From NCBI RefSeq assembly GCF_009914755.1, contig NC_060931.1: 64,000 bases of DNA; one strand, given 5' to 3'. Of the stretch, positions 14,421 through 26,700 are shown one piece after another. The translations under genes and the position numbers were made by a program. The notes beneath the pieces were generated by a model, which saw only the letters and a list, made by a program, of their open reading frames with translations, was not told the DNA's origin and made no database searches. Source of the DNA: the human T2T-CHM13v2.0 reference genome, Homo sapiens. The stretch's first letter is position 1. Each line of letters begins with the position of its first letter.

Positions 14421-14964
14421 TTAAATTAATTCTAGACACAGAGAAACTGAAGAAGAATGGAGATTTTAATGGTTGGGCTATATGGAAAGGGAGAAGAGAA
14501 TATTTCAAAAGTGGCATCCAGTTTTATAGCTTGAGGGAAAGATCCTGGGTGTCACCAACACATGGTGGGGGCAGCACCAGCTGTGTCTGAACTGAGTATC
14601 AGTCTCACAGAGACACTACTAGTAGCTCCTGCAGGCAAATGTTTGTATGGTTTTCACTTATTTAGAGGAGAAAGTTTTTCTGCCTGGATGACTGAGGAAT
14701 GAGCGTGGTATTTGGGTTAATGATAGGATGATGTGGTACGGCATTCTGTGTCCAGTAAAGATTACCAAGCCATTAAAATAGAAACGCTGAGGCTGACTGT
14801 GAGGACTCATTTTCACCAAGGATTTCTTTGAAACATAACGTGAAAAATCAATGTTATTTATTTCTCCAGGTAGAAGATATGGCATAGAGCAGGAAAAGGG
14901 GCTTGCTTTCTATTTGTGACACTGTGAGGGTTTCAGAGACATGAAACATTTTCTGGAGACTCTT

Positions 14965-15059
14965 AGAAATACCTGGTGGGGCGGGGAGGGGTGGGGGGAG
15001 GGGGGCTGGGAAAGTGGCCACAAAAAAAACAAAACAAAAAAAAGAAAAGAAATACCTGG
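14965..15059 (+). mobile_element. small L1-mediated (TPRT-type) insertion: ~45-nt G-rich body plus A tail, 12-bp TSD
   Basis: agaaatacctgg at 14965-14976 and 15048-15059; preceded by TT (TT|AGAAA endonuclease-like site); A-rich tail 15022-15047. Confidence 0.75.
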
Positions 15060-15297
15060 GGGAATTGGAGAAACTCTCAACCACAATGAAGTCCTACTCC
15101 TGCAGGTATGAAGTGAAATTTGAATGTTAACCATGTAAATTTGTACCCAGAGTTTTCTTAAGCCTGGGAAATGTAGATCAGGAAAAAAAGACCTGAGAAA
15201 TTTAGGATGGGAGGAGATGAGCATAAAAGTAATCATATTATGTCTGAGATGGTAACCAAGAAACTATGTCTTGGTATGCAGTTAAAATAAAAGCCCA

Positions 15298-15665
<368 letters not shown>

Positions 15666-16380
15666 CTACAACTTTTGGCTAGGAGGGAGGATGAATAATA
15701 CAAGTCAGGAAGGGTGAAGGAAGGAGATCATATTGCTTCTGGTGAAGCCTTCAAGGAGAGTATTACTCTAAGTGTAACCAATATATTTGCCAGTATACAA
15801 TCTTGGGTGCGTACCATCAATAAATTCATTTTCCCTATGGTGCCTTAGCAACAACCATTTCTGTGCTATGTTTATCCGCCTCTTAGTTTACAGATCTCTG
15901 TGGGCTTCTAAACTCCTCCTCACTTAAGAATATTATCAGACTGGTGCTGGGCAGCAGATATGTCAAGCTCACACTCAATAGTCCATATGTCAAAACAGAA
16001 TGACTTGCCTTCCACTGTCTGAAGACTTCACAGTACATTGTGTCTTCACTGATGTTTTGTTGGCAGGTGGTTTTTGTTGTGTTTGAGCTTCAGGAATGAT
16101 TTAATTCACTTATTCCTTTGAAGGGAGTCCCATTAGCATTTTTTTTTCCTCCTTGTCTGAGTAGAACTCAGAGCAGAGAGGTTACATCTTCCTTCTTTTC
16201 TTTTCCTTTTATTAGTGGTTGAAGATCAGGGCAGAGATCTTCCTAAATGCTTTAATCCCAAGCACTACTGGAAACCCACTTTCCTTTTTGCTTCTAGCTA
16301 GCCCAATTCCCAATGTTTGATTAGTAAATTTGACTTAAAATTTGTAATTCCCTTTTAGTCTTTTGATACAAAGCAGAGCA

Positions 16381-16496
16381 TAAGACACACACTCACACAC
16401 ACACATGCACACACACACATACATTTACACACACACACAGAGTTCCAGCTGAAATGGCTAGACTCACAAGTGTTATATAAAACTTATGGTGAAAAG
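16381..16496. repeat. CA-rich segment, donor of the dispersed copy at 17747-17855
   Basis: taagacacac...gttccagctgaaatggctagactcacaagtgtt...ggtgaaaag is present at both sites. Confidence 0.9.
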
Positions 16497-17076
16497 TAGC
16501 AGTTTCAGGTTCCTGGCCCATTCACAAAGGAAAATATTATCTAGAAAATATTCTCTCTATTGATCTTACCCCTGAAACTCATGGCCTTAGGCCACTGAAT
16601 TCAGGTTTTATAATTACAATTATAGAGATTGATATATACAATTTCAACCTGCAGACATTTGGTATGTAGATTTGTTGCTTTAACACCTTCACACTTTATT
16701 ATCTTCAATTTAAAAAAAAATTTTGCTTGCATTTATGCTAAACTTTATAGCACTTGTTTAAAGAAAATATATTTTCTTTGTGCATATTGGTACTTCTTTA
16801 TAAAGATTATAAATTCTGCTCAATTTCCCAGTTCCATTCCAAACCATGAGAATGATCTCAATTTGTACTTTATGAATTAGTGGTTCACTTCTTCCTGCTT
16901 TGAGGTCTCACACTTTAAATTCATGATTTTTTTTTGCTTATTTCTTTCTTTATATAGTTCACTTTTTTATTTCTGAAACTGACTCTTGCTTTCTGTGCTT
17001 ACCTGGATCACCTGGAGTTTCTTTATTTCATGTTTTTCATCTTTCCCACTCAGATGCCTTCTTTTTTTCAGGGTAT

Positions 17077-17943
17077 CATTGATGAAAAGAGTCAAACTCT
17101 ATAAAATATTTGAAGAGATTTATTCTGAGTCAAATATGAGTGACCATGGCCTGTGACACAGCCCTCAGGAGCTCCTGAGAATATGTGCCCAATGTGGTTG
17201 GGATACTGCTTGGTTTTATGTATTTTAGGAAGGCATGAGACATCAATCAAATACATTTAAGAAATACATTGGTTTGGTTTAGGAAGGCAGGACAACTCAA
17301 AGTGGGGCTTGGGGGGATGGGGGGTGGGCTTCCAGGCTATAGGTAAATTTAAGCACTTTCTGGTTGACAATAAGACCTGGGATCAATAGAAAGGAATGTT
17401 CGGATTGAAGATAAAGGATTGTGGAGATTAAGTTTTATTGTGCAGAGGAAGCTCTTAGCAGACTTGAGAGAGAGTGGGTTGTAAATTGTTTTATATTGGA
17501 CTTAAAAGGGTGCTTGGCTCTTAGTTGATTATCTCCTGGGTCTGGGAAGGAAGGAAGGAAAACAAAGTGGGAAGAGGATTCTCTATAGAATGTGGATTTT
17601 TCTCACAAGAGATTTTGCAGGGCAATTTCAAGGTATGGCAAATAAATACATTTTGGGATTAAGTATTTTTTTCCTCGTTTCATAATGTTATGCCAGAGTC
17701 GGACTGAAAAGTAAGTCACGATATATAGGGTCAAATAAAATCCATCTAAGACACACACGCACATGCACATGCACACACACACATACATTTACACAACACA
17801 GTTCCAGCTGAAATGGCTAGACTCACAAGTGTTGTATAAAGATTTTGGTGAAAAGAATGAGAATTTATAGTTTGTAGGCTATGACTCCCTAGACCCCTTA
17901 GGTAGGAGTTTGGGTGAGATGAAAAACCAGATCTTAGTCCTCA
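17077..17943 (-). mobile_element. ERV1 solo LTR, MER4D/MER4E-like, 4-bp TSD, carrying a ~109-bp foreign insert
   Basis: gatgaaaagagtcaaactct... at one end and ...cttagtcctca at the other; gtat at 17073-17076 and 17944-17947. Confidence 0.85.
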
Positions 17944-20190
17944 GTATAAACATCCTTAGATCTTTCCTATCTGCAGAGATATCTTTTCTTGTTCATGTCA
18001 ACACTTTGCATATTTGTCCATTTCTTTTTCTCTACCCTTAAGCCAATTCTTTGTAAGAATAGTCTGCACAGCTTCATTGTCATTAGTTTTCTATTTTTCT
18101 CTAATTCTTCAGTTTTTTACAATTTGTTTTCTGTTCCCATTATATCACCAAAAAATGCCCTTTTGGAGATTATAATAAGTTTCTAATAACCAGTCAATAT
18201 CCTTGCTTGTCTTGGTTTTGTTGATTTCTAGAGCTGTAGGATTTGACATTATTAGCAGTCCTAATTCCCCCTGAAATTATTTTCTCACTGTCTTCTGCAA
18301 ATCAATTCTATCTTGTCTACATTTTTACTTCTCTGATCTTGACTTCTTAGACCTCTTCCTCCAGCTCCATACATTCTGAAACTTTATTTTATTTTTAATT
18401 GAGAAATAATAATCATACATACTTATAGGGCACAACGTGATATTCTGATATATGCATAAATGCCTCATATTTTTTCACTGGGATCTGTTCTTTACCTCCT
18501 TTTCCCTCTGTTTCATTTAAACAAATGCTTCATTTAGTTAAATTAATACGTATTTAGCACTTATTGCCTGCAACTAATTGGGTGCTAAGCATGCCTTAGG
18601 GTGCCTCCTCTGTGGTCCTGTTAGAGACTGAAAAGTCATCTTGCTCAAAGAGACCTCTATGACCTTTGATTATATGTAAAATTCCATCATTCTTTACTGC
18701 TTTTGGCTCAGGAATTTATGATCCCTGTTAAAATGCAAAAAATGTTCTTCAGTAGGCTTCACACATTAAGTCAGCTACACCTTAAGTCAAAATAGAAAAA
18801 ATACTCAAGTTATCTAACAGAACACAGACCCAGAGTTGTAAAATATAGGAAAGGTACATTTTAATGAGGTAAGGGAGAGAAGTGGGAGAATATTGGGTAA
18901 TAGGAAGCACTCCCTGGAAAAAGTAAACCTGTGGTTTGCCCCCATGGGTTTTCTAGGCAAAATTTCCAAGGGCTGGCTGTGGAAATGGGTAAATTAGAAA
19001 ACCAGAAAATAAATATTATAAGTAAATTCCCTTGACTAAATAAGCTCAGCATTTTGAAAACAAGAGTTCTTTGCAGAGTGTATATTCCTGCTGCTGTTTC
19101 ATTTTTTTTTCCTGTATACTCTCACAGTTCTCAGTAAATGAATTTGAGTCACAAGAAATCAGCTTCCCAGAGGTGCTTTGTCTAATTAAGAACGATAACA
19201 AAAAAAAGTCTCCATTAAAGCCTTTACTCTGGGAAAGCCATTAGGACACTACTAGAGTGACAGCAGGTTTTCTTCCAAGTTGAAGTGTTTCCTTTTACTC
19301 TAGTGCAATGATTATAAATGAATATTCTTTTATACCAGGTAGTCATAGTGGACATTTCCAGGGTGAACCATAAGATACTCTGTAATGATAGATGATCCTC
19401 CAGTTTAACACAGAGGGTGTTTTTGCCTACCAATGAAAAATGAAACAAATTCAGCTTCCTGGCACTTCTAATAAAATATTACTATTTTTACAATAGTAAT
19501 GCTGTAATATTTCAGTATGGTCTGAAATGTGGTGGCCTTGAAATAGATTTTTAACAAATTCGTGGATCTTAAAAAAAAATTAGAGGGCAATGGTAACAGA
19601 AACTCAGTGTTTCAGAGTATTAATTGAAAACTACCAGTTGTATGATGTTTTCTTCATTTTAAACTTACTTTCTGTTCATACAATTTTTAACATAGATTCA
19701 GTGGGGATTGAGTAACTTGGAAATTCTTTGTTATGTGGGGTTCTTACTCTAATATTTATGTAGGAATTTTAAGCCTATGTATCTTGGTACTTCCCAGCTT
19801 GACTATGTGCATATGAAATTTAACAGAACCTATTATCAAAGTGACAATAATTTTATCTTCTACTTTCTATATTTAAGGAGAATAATGCATTTAGAGAATA
19901 TCAATAAGTGAAGAGTGTTCCTGCACAGTAACAGGTCATCGATTATTTAAGGGCTGTTTTTATGAGTATTTTTAAACAACAAATGTTTTAGCAATGCCAC
20001 TAAAACCAATAAGGATTAGTTTGCATATGATACAATTTATGGCATATAGTTATCTAATGACCACAACTATCATTTGTGTACCTTTTCCATCACAACATCT
20101 TTGCCCTGCCATCCTCCAGTGCCCAGAAGTTCCTAGTGTAAACTGGGTGGCCTCCCTCCTGGTTTTCTCTCTTTCTATCTCGAATTTACG

Positions 20191-21662
20191 TTTTTTTTTT
20201 AAGCGTTCTGAATCTGATTTATTAGACAGCACAGAAATAACAGGTTTAGATTATATTACAAAAAGAGCTCAAATTGTTCTTATGCAGCGACTGAGCTTGC
20301 TAAGGGATAGAAGGGGGAATTCTTCAGATTACTGCATAAGGACAGAAAGACTCCTCATCCTAAACAAAGTATTAAGGTACATAGACAAGGTTCTTACAAG
20401 ACAGAAAACAGAGAACTCCACAGTCACTATAACACATCCCTTAAGGAATAAGCATGTATTTGTCGGAAGCAAACAAAGCTTTCCATAGAGAAACCACTTT
20501 CACGAGATGATTAGGTGCACTTGGGTTTTGTTTCTGCCTCTGTCACTTGGTGAATGAAGATACCATCTTCAGGATGTTCCGTGTCATCCATTTCATAATA
20601 TATGATGATGCTATTGCAAGCGTAGTCCCATCATTACTGAAGGCAAGTGATGCAATGCTTATGGGGTACCAATGGAACTGGCACAGTTGCTTTTTGTTAA
20701 ATGGATTCCAAATATTTACAAAGCCATCAGAACCACCTATGGCAAATGTATTATGGATATTCTGGAAAGAAATGGCATTGACTGGGTAAACCTGCTCAAT
20801 ATTATTTTCTTTTAGTCTGTGACATTTGAAGGCATATTTCTTCTGTACCTCAGGGCTTGGGCCAAGTATTCAACTGCCACTCCGCCTTCTATAGAGCTTA
20901 ATACACAACTCTGCTTGTTTGGAAACGCTTATATGCAGTGAGTCTGGTATTTCAGGCTGGACTCCCTGCTCTGCTGCACGTAATCCATGTTCCATAAGCC
21001 CCACACCAACACTCTGCAGCCCGCTGTTCTCACAATCAGCTGGTCTCCAGGCACTGAGAAGGTATCTACCTTTTCAGGCTGAGAGAAGGTCCTGGCATTA
21101 CAAGGATTTCTGGGATCCCACAATTTAACTGTCTGATCCCAACTTCCAGTAACCATCACGTTCACTTCCGGACAGTATTCAATACATCTGATGGGGGCAT
21201 CATGGGTCCCAACAAGATTTTCTTGATCAGTGTTCAAATCATGCATTTTCAATTGATGATCTAGTCCTCTCCAGGCCTGTGCTGGATCGTAGAAGGCTCA
21301 GTCCAGGATGGTGCCAGTGTGCTGGTACCTGAGCGCATGGACCTGAGAGCAAGCGCTATTACCTGAGCACATGTTCCGCACATTGTAGAAGAGCAGTGAC
21401 CTGTCCAGGAGGAGACAAGCAGGAACTGGGAGGTGTTGGGGCTGAACTTCACTGAGGAAATGACAACCTCGGGTGGCTGGGTCAGCTTGAGCTCATTAGA
21501 ACTGGTCATCTCCTCTGATCTGCCTTGCCAGCTAATGGCCTGGGAAGTCCCTGGAGAGTCTGCTCCCGCAAGCAGTGCTCTGGCCTCACTCCTGTCGTCT
21601 TCGTCGTCATCATCTTCTTCTTCCCCTCTGCCTCCCCACTCTGCCTCCCCGCTCCTCCTCCG
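20191..21662 (-). pseudogene. BUB3: processed pseudogene of BUB3 (mitotic checkpoint WD40 protein); CDS remnant 21509->20511
   Basis: MTSSNELKLTQPPE..ISSVKFSPNTSQFLLVSSW, MHDLNTDQENLVGTHDAPIRC, ...EAETKPKCT*; intronless, with frameshifts and stops; 3' UTR with AATAAA (20218-20223) and A10 tail (20191-20200). Confidence 0.96.
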
Positions 21663-22199
21663 TCAGAAGATAGATTAACAAGAGAAAAGTATAACAAATT
21701 TACTCATTCAAAGTTTTACATGACACAGGAGTCTCCAGAAATGAAGACCCAAAGCCCCAGGGAACACTATTTTTATGCTTGGTTTCTACAGCCATGTAGA
21801 AATGGGATTGGACAAGGAGTAGGATCTAATAGTAATAGACTGAGGGGGGAGACCCAGCGAGGCCTGTCCAGATTCTTTTGGTCTCTCTGTGTGGCATTTC
21901 TTCCTCCTGCCTATGGGTCTATGAAGGTCTTCAAGAGAGAGAGATGGGAGAAGGAAGAGAGTGACCTTTCTAGGTTTTATGGCTTTCTTTGGGGAAGAAG
22001 GGTTCTAGTTTCATATATGATCTGCCATGGAGGGGAAGAATTCTGGTCTCTGTGGCTCAGCTTGGGGGAGAAATGAGGCAGGAGACAAGAGGGCAGGAGA
22101 AGGTCAGAGATCTTGCTTCTGAGGTCTTCTAATCTTAATTCAAAGTACTCAGCATGCCAGGGTACCATGCTTTGAGGTATTGTTTTCTGGGCCCCAATA
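21663..22199 (-). mobile_element. ERV1 LTR, MER39-like, 3' end truncated at the BUB3 retrocopy
   Basis: minus strand starts tattggggcccagaaaacaatacctcaaagcatgg; contains ctttgggtcttcatttctgg and cttttctcttgttaatct. Confidence 0.75.
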
Positions 22200-22280
22200 C
22201 CATTACCACTGTCAAACTCATGAACATATGCTACTCTCAAAAGCTTCGCTCATGCTCCTTTGCAATTTAACTCTTTCTCA

Positions 22281-22656
<376 letters not shown>

Positions 22657-22989
22657 CACACACTAAGAATTTTAAAACAAGTCTGTCCTTTGTGGTGAAC
22701 ACCCTTAATAAACCCATGAGATTTCAACAAGTGTGGTATTTAGAATTCAATTATTTGTCCCTCTAACTTGTTCTGTTACATACTTGAAATTGAGCAGACA
22801 TGGTTCTGCTGCAAAACAAGACGGGTGTTTTAGAGTAGCACTGTAAATGGTCTGATTTATATAATGAGGGCAACTTCAACAGTTTTGTGGTGAAAAAATC
22901 AGAAAGAAAAATTCCGTGCATGCAGAAACCTGCAGTGGCAGCTTCCGAACCTTTTGAAACTCTAAAACTTACGTTGTGGCTTTAACTGG

Positions 22990-23165
22990 AGTTTGCAACT
23001 CTAGCTGCACATTAGAATCACTTGGGGAGCCTTAAAAATGTTGATGCCTGGGTCCCATCTTGGCTGAGTTAAATCAGATTCTCTGGCAGGGTGTTGAGTC
23101 TCAGGGATTATTATGATTTAAAAGTTCCCAGGTGATTTTAACATGCAGCGAGCTTCGAGCTTCAT
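22990..23165. mobile_element. MER5A/B-like hAT-Charlie element
   Basis: gctgcacattagaatcacttggggag...aaatcagattctctgg...cccaggtgattttaacatgcagc. Confidence 0.7.
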
Positions 23166-23594
23166 TGCTCATAATTGTACTCATAATTAAGTGTTCTTTT
23201 TGGAGAGCCAGTTTCAGATTTTATTTTCTTAAGGAGTTTACCCAGAATTGATCATTCTGCATCACCATTTCCTCTTAGAAGGTTGGCTTGCTATGGTAAA
23301 GTAGTATTTCAACAAGGAAAAGTAAATGATTACTGTTTACACATGCTTGTAATTTATCGTCCTCTCTTGAATAATTTGCATATTTGAGTCAAAGTGCACC
23401 GTGTTTTGTTATCACCTTTACTGTTTTCTCTTTTAATGTGCATGGGAGGCCACAGAAAAAGCTATGATGTTTAAGTATTGACCTTTCCCATCCCTTCTTA
23501 GTTCCACTTCCTCTCCAGTGTTTCCGGCTTCTCAATGTGCCTTCTGGGTCCTTCATTCTGCACCATCCCTGGGGCTTCCCTCTTTACTCTCAGG

Positions 23595-23737
23595 ATTATC
23601 CTGACCTCTACAGTCCAGGGAAATGCCCCTGTCCTTCTTATTTTTAATCTCTACTTATTTTTAGTCTTTATTTTAATTATCCTGACATCTATAGTCCAGG
23701 GAAATGCCCTTGTCCTTCTTATTTTTAATCTCTACTT
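23595..23737. repeat. 62-bp direct duplication with 19-bp spacer
   Basis: 23595-23656 vs 23676-23737, 3 mismatches. Confidence 0.95.
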
Positions 23738-26700
23738 GAAGTCTTTTCTAATACATGTATTTATGTCAATGTCTGCCAATGTTTGTGCTGTCTCACATAA
23801 GCTACTATCATGCTAATTTCAGCTATTTGCTGCTGATGCCATGACCTAAAGGACTGACTGTATAGTGGGATGTTTCTCTGTTTGTTTCAACCCCATGGGA
23901 GAAAAATTCGAAGACAAGTGTGTCAGCCTGTGGCATCCATAACACACCATAGACACAACATTTCCTTGTGCTTCTGCAAAGGAACAGCTTTATTGGTAGA
24001 ATCACCTCTGCGGCCCGTGTAAGGAACATTGATTTGTCTACCTTTGAGAAAACTAAAGCATGCGGGCGATAAGTAATAGGGAAATATAGGTGCTTTACTT
24101 TGCATTAGTAGTAGAATGTTGTTTTTCAAAGTTTTCTGTGACTGTTACACAACCAGAAAACATTATTGCTCAATGACCCTTCAATGCAAACTTCCACTGA
24201 TGAGGCAGCTGAGTGTTTTAGCAGATTGAACTCTAAAGATGTAGGAATCGATTTTTCTCAAGAGTACATCAGAGCTTTGGTCCCACTCCATTCCTACGTA
24301 GGTTCAGATATTTGTTAAATGCAGGGATATGTAGAAAAATATACAGATTACTACTGGGGATCATTTGCAATGGGTTAGTTCAGAAAGATTTTTTTCATTG
24401 TTCATATCATATATTTACTTCTAAAAGTCAAAATTGCATTTAAAGTGATCCAGTGAACGATGACTGCAATATTTCTGTGTTTATGAATCACAAGTTAGTC
24501 TTTTATATTTGCTTTGTTTCTTTTAGAAGAATTTTATTAGCACATATAAAAGTAGCTAAGAGGTAAAACACTTTCTTTTTGTTTATATGTAACTTGGGAA
24601 AAAATTTTACTGCTGGCCATAAATTGAAAAGCTGTGGTAACCGTGATTAAGTCAGTCCAACATGGAAACATTTATTGGGAACCTGCTACATACACAGCAC
24701 TCTGATAGGGATGGGGGATATAATATATTACAGATAATTGGGATAATCAAGGAACTTAAAATGTATGGGGGAAAATGTGGCACAACTGAGAATGATGCAA
24801 ACATCTGTTACAGTAGTGGAGCGAATATCTTTTTGATATATTTAGCATCAGTAAAATTTCCACAAATTCAAGCATCTGAGGAAGCAAAAAGCCAAATTTG
24901 TCAACAGGAATAAAAGCAAGATAAAGATGATCTAAAAGCTTAGACACCTAGGCAAATTGATAACTACAAATGAGCAATGCCTTCAACTTTTAAGTTTCCT
25001 GGCAGCTAAAGGCCTCAGGTTTTATTTCTGACAAAAGAAAAGACACAATTTGTCTGCAGAGACCAAGATATTTTTATGACACTACATTCAAACAGGAATA
25101 TATCTCAAAGGTATCTGTATAATGAATATCATATTGGATAATAAAATCAACTACAGTTTTACAACAGGAAAAGTAAATCCACAGAGGTGATTCTAGGTAT
25201 GACCATTTGTGAGACAAAGAGCATTGCTTGAACTAAAGGAGAGATTTATATGATAAACAATAAAAACATGAAACCAATGTGAAATTTTCCCTTCCTTTCT
25301 CTTTCTAAACCCCAGTTCTACTTCTCATGAGTAATTATTTTTAACCCATTGTGTTCAGATTTCTGGCTGTTACCCTAAAAACACCAAGTACTGTTCTCAC
25401 ACAGCTATTTCTTCATCCAACAATTTGGATAAAATCCAGTATCTCCTCACTATGACAGAGGAGTTAGACTAAACTTTCTTCTCCTTTCCACTTCTTCTCC
25501 CATTGTTTGTTAGGAAACACAGATAGCCCTCCAAATACCAGGTAAATCTATGATGAACTAGATATGACAAATACTGCTGTCACATTCTCTTGCTTGAGGA
25601 CTGGTTATTATTTATCTTGGGAACATGTGGGTTATATCTTCTTGGCATATTAAAGGATATAATTTATTTCTGTCTTTGCAATCTCTTAGTGGATTGCCTG
25701 TAGAGAACATCATATTCTGATTTTTTGCTTATTTAACAATAAAACTATTTTCCTTCTCTTCTAACTTTGTGGAGAGATTTTCTGTGTTGATAAAATATTT
25801 TTGTTTTTATAGTTCCCCAGCATATACTTTTTTCCCAGGAACTGCTCTGCTTGTTCTTTCTATGGTATTTAATTTTTCTCTTCTTGATTTTTCTTCACTG
25901 TTCCTTTTTTACTACTCATTCTTATTTTTTAATGAAGAATTATACTTAGCAACAAAGCTACTTGGCATGGATTGTGCAGCTGTGTTAACACACTGCATCT
26001 CACTGGAATAAAAAAATTGACCATGGCCTTGGATAAGTGTGTGGATGTGTCATTTGAGGGTATAAAGGGCAAGCTGAACACATCTTGAAAGCTAAACGTT
26101 TATATTTGGTTATAACATTCATAGTATAACCTTGGATTCTCCTTGGGCCTCCCATTATTTTATGAAATACTCTCCTGGTTTTGTCCAGAAGAGCACTTCA
26201 TGAAGGAAGTGGTAGAAAATCTATACCTTGTTCTGCATACTGAGGAGCAAATTGGTTTTCGATAATTCCTTAACTTAATCATTAGAATTTCTGACCCCTT
26301 CCCACTGGTATTCTCCAGAACTACCTTTTTCAAATTTTGAACTTCAGGAGTCATCTGGACAGAGAGTCTGCTTCTGCTCAGGCTATTGTCAAAGAGTCAG
26401 GTATGGATATAGAGCCAGGTCAGAAGAAATTGGCAGGCAAGAGTTTTCTTCTGGGTTTAAGGTTCTTTTTCAGGTAAATCAGTTTGCTGCCTTTATTTTT
26501 TTTCTAACTTCTTTCTTTTTATCTTTTTCAACTTCTCTCCTAATGCAAAAGGAAAAGAAAAACTTTTTTTTTTCTGTCTATGAACTTTTTTCTCTCTTTT
26601 ATTCTTGTGAATTTTACAAAGCTTCCTCTGATTAGGGAGGAAAAAAAAGTGTGAAGTTTTTTTTTCTTCAAATACACTGACACTAAAAAAACTAAAAATA

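Noticed and set aside
19994-20488. 164-aa plus-strand ORF
   Set aside because: Antisense to the BUB3 retrocopy 3' UTR and runs across its poly(A) junction; no recognisable protein
21525-22076. 183-aa plus-strand ORF
   Set aside because: Spans the antisense pseudogene leader and an LTR; chance ORF
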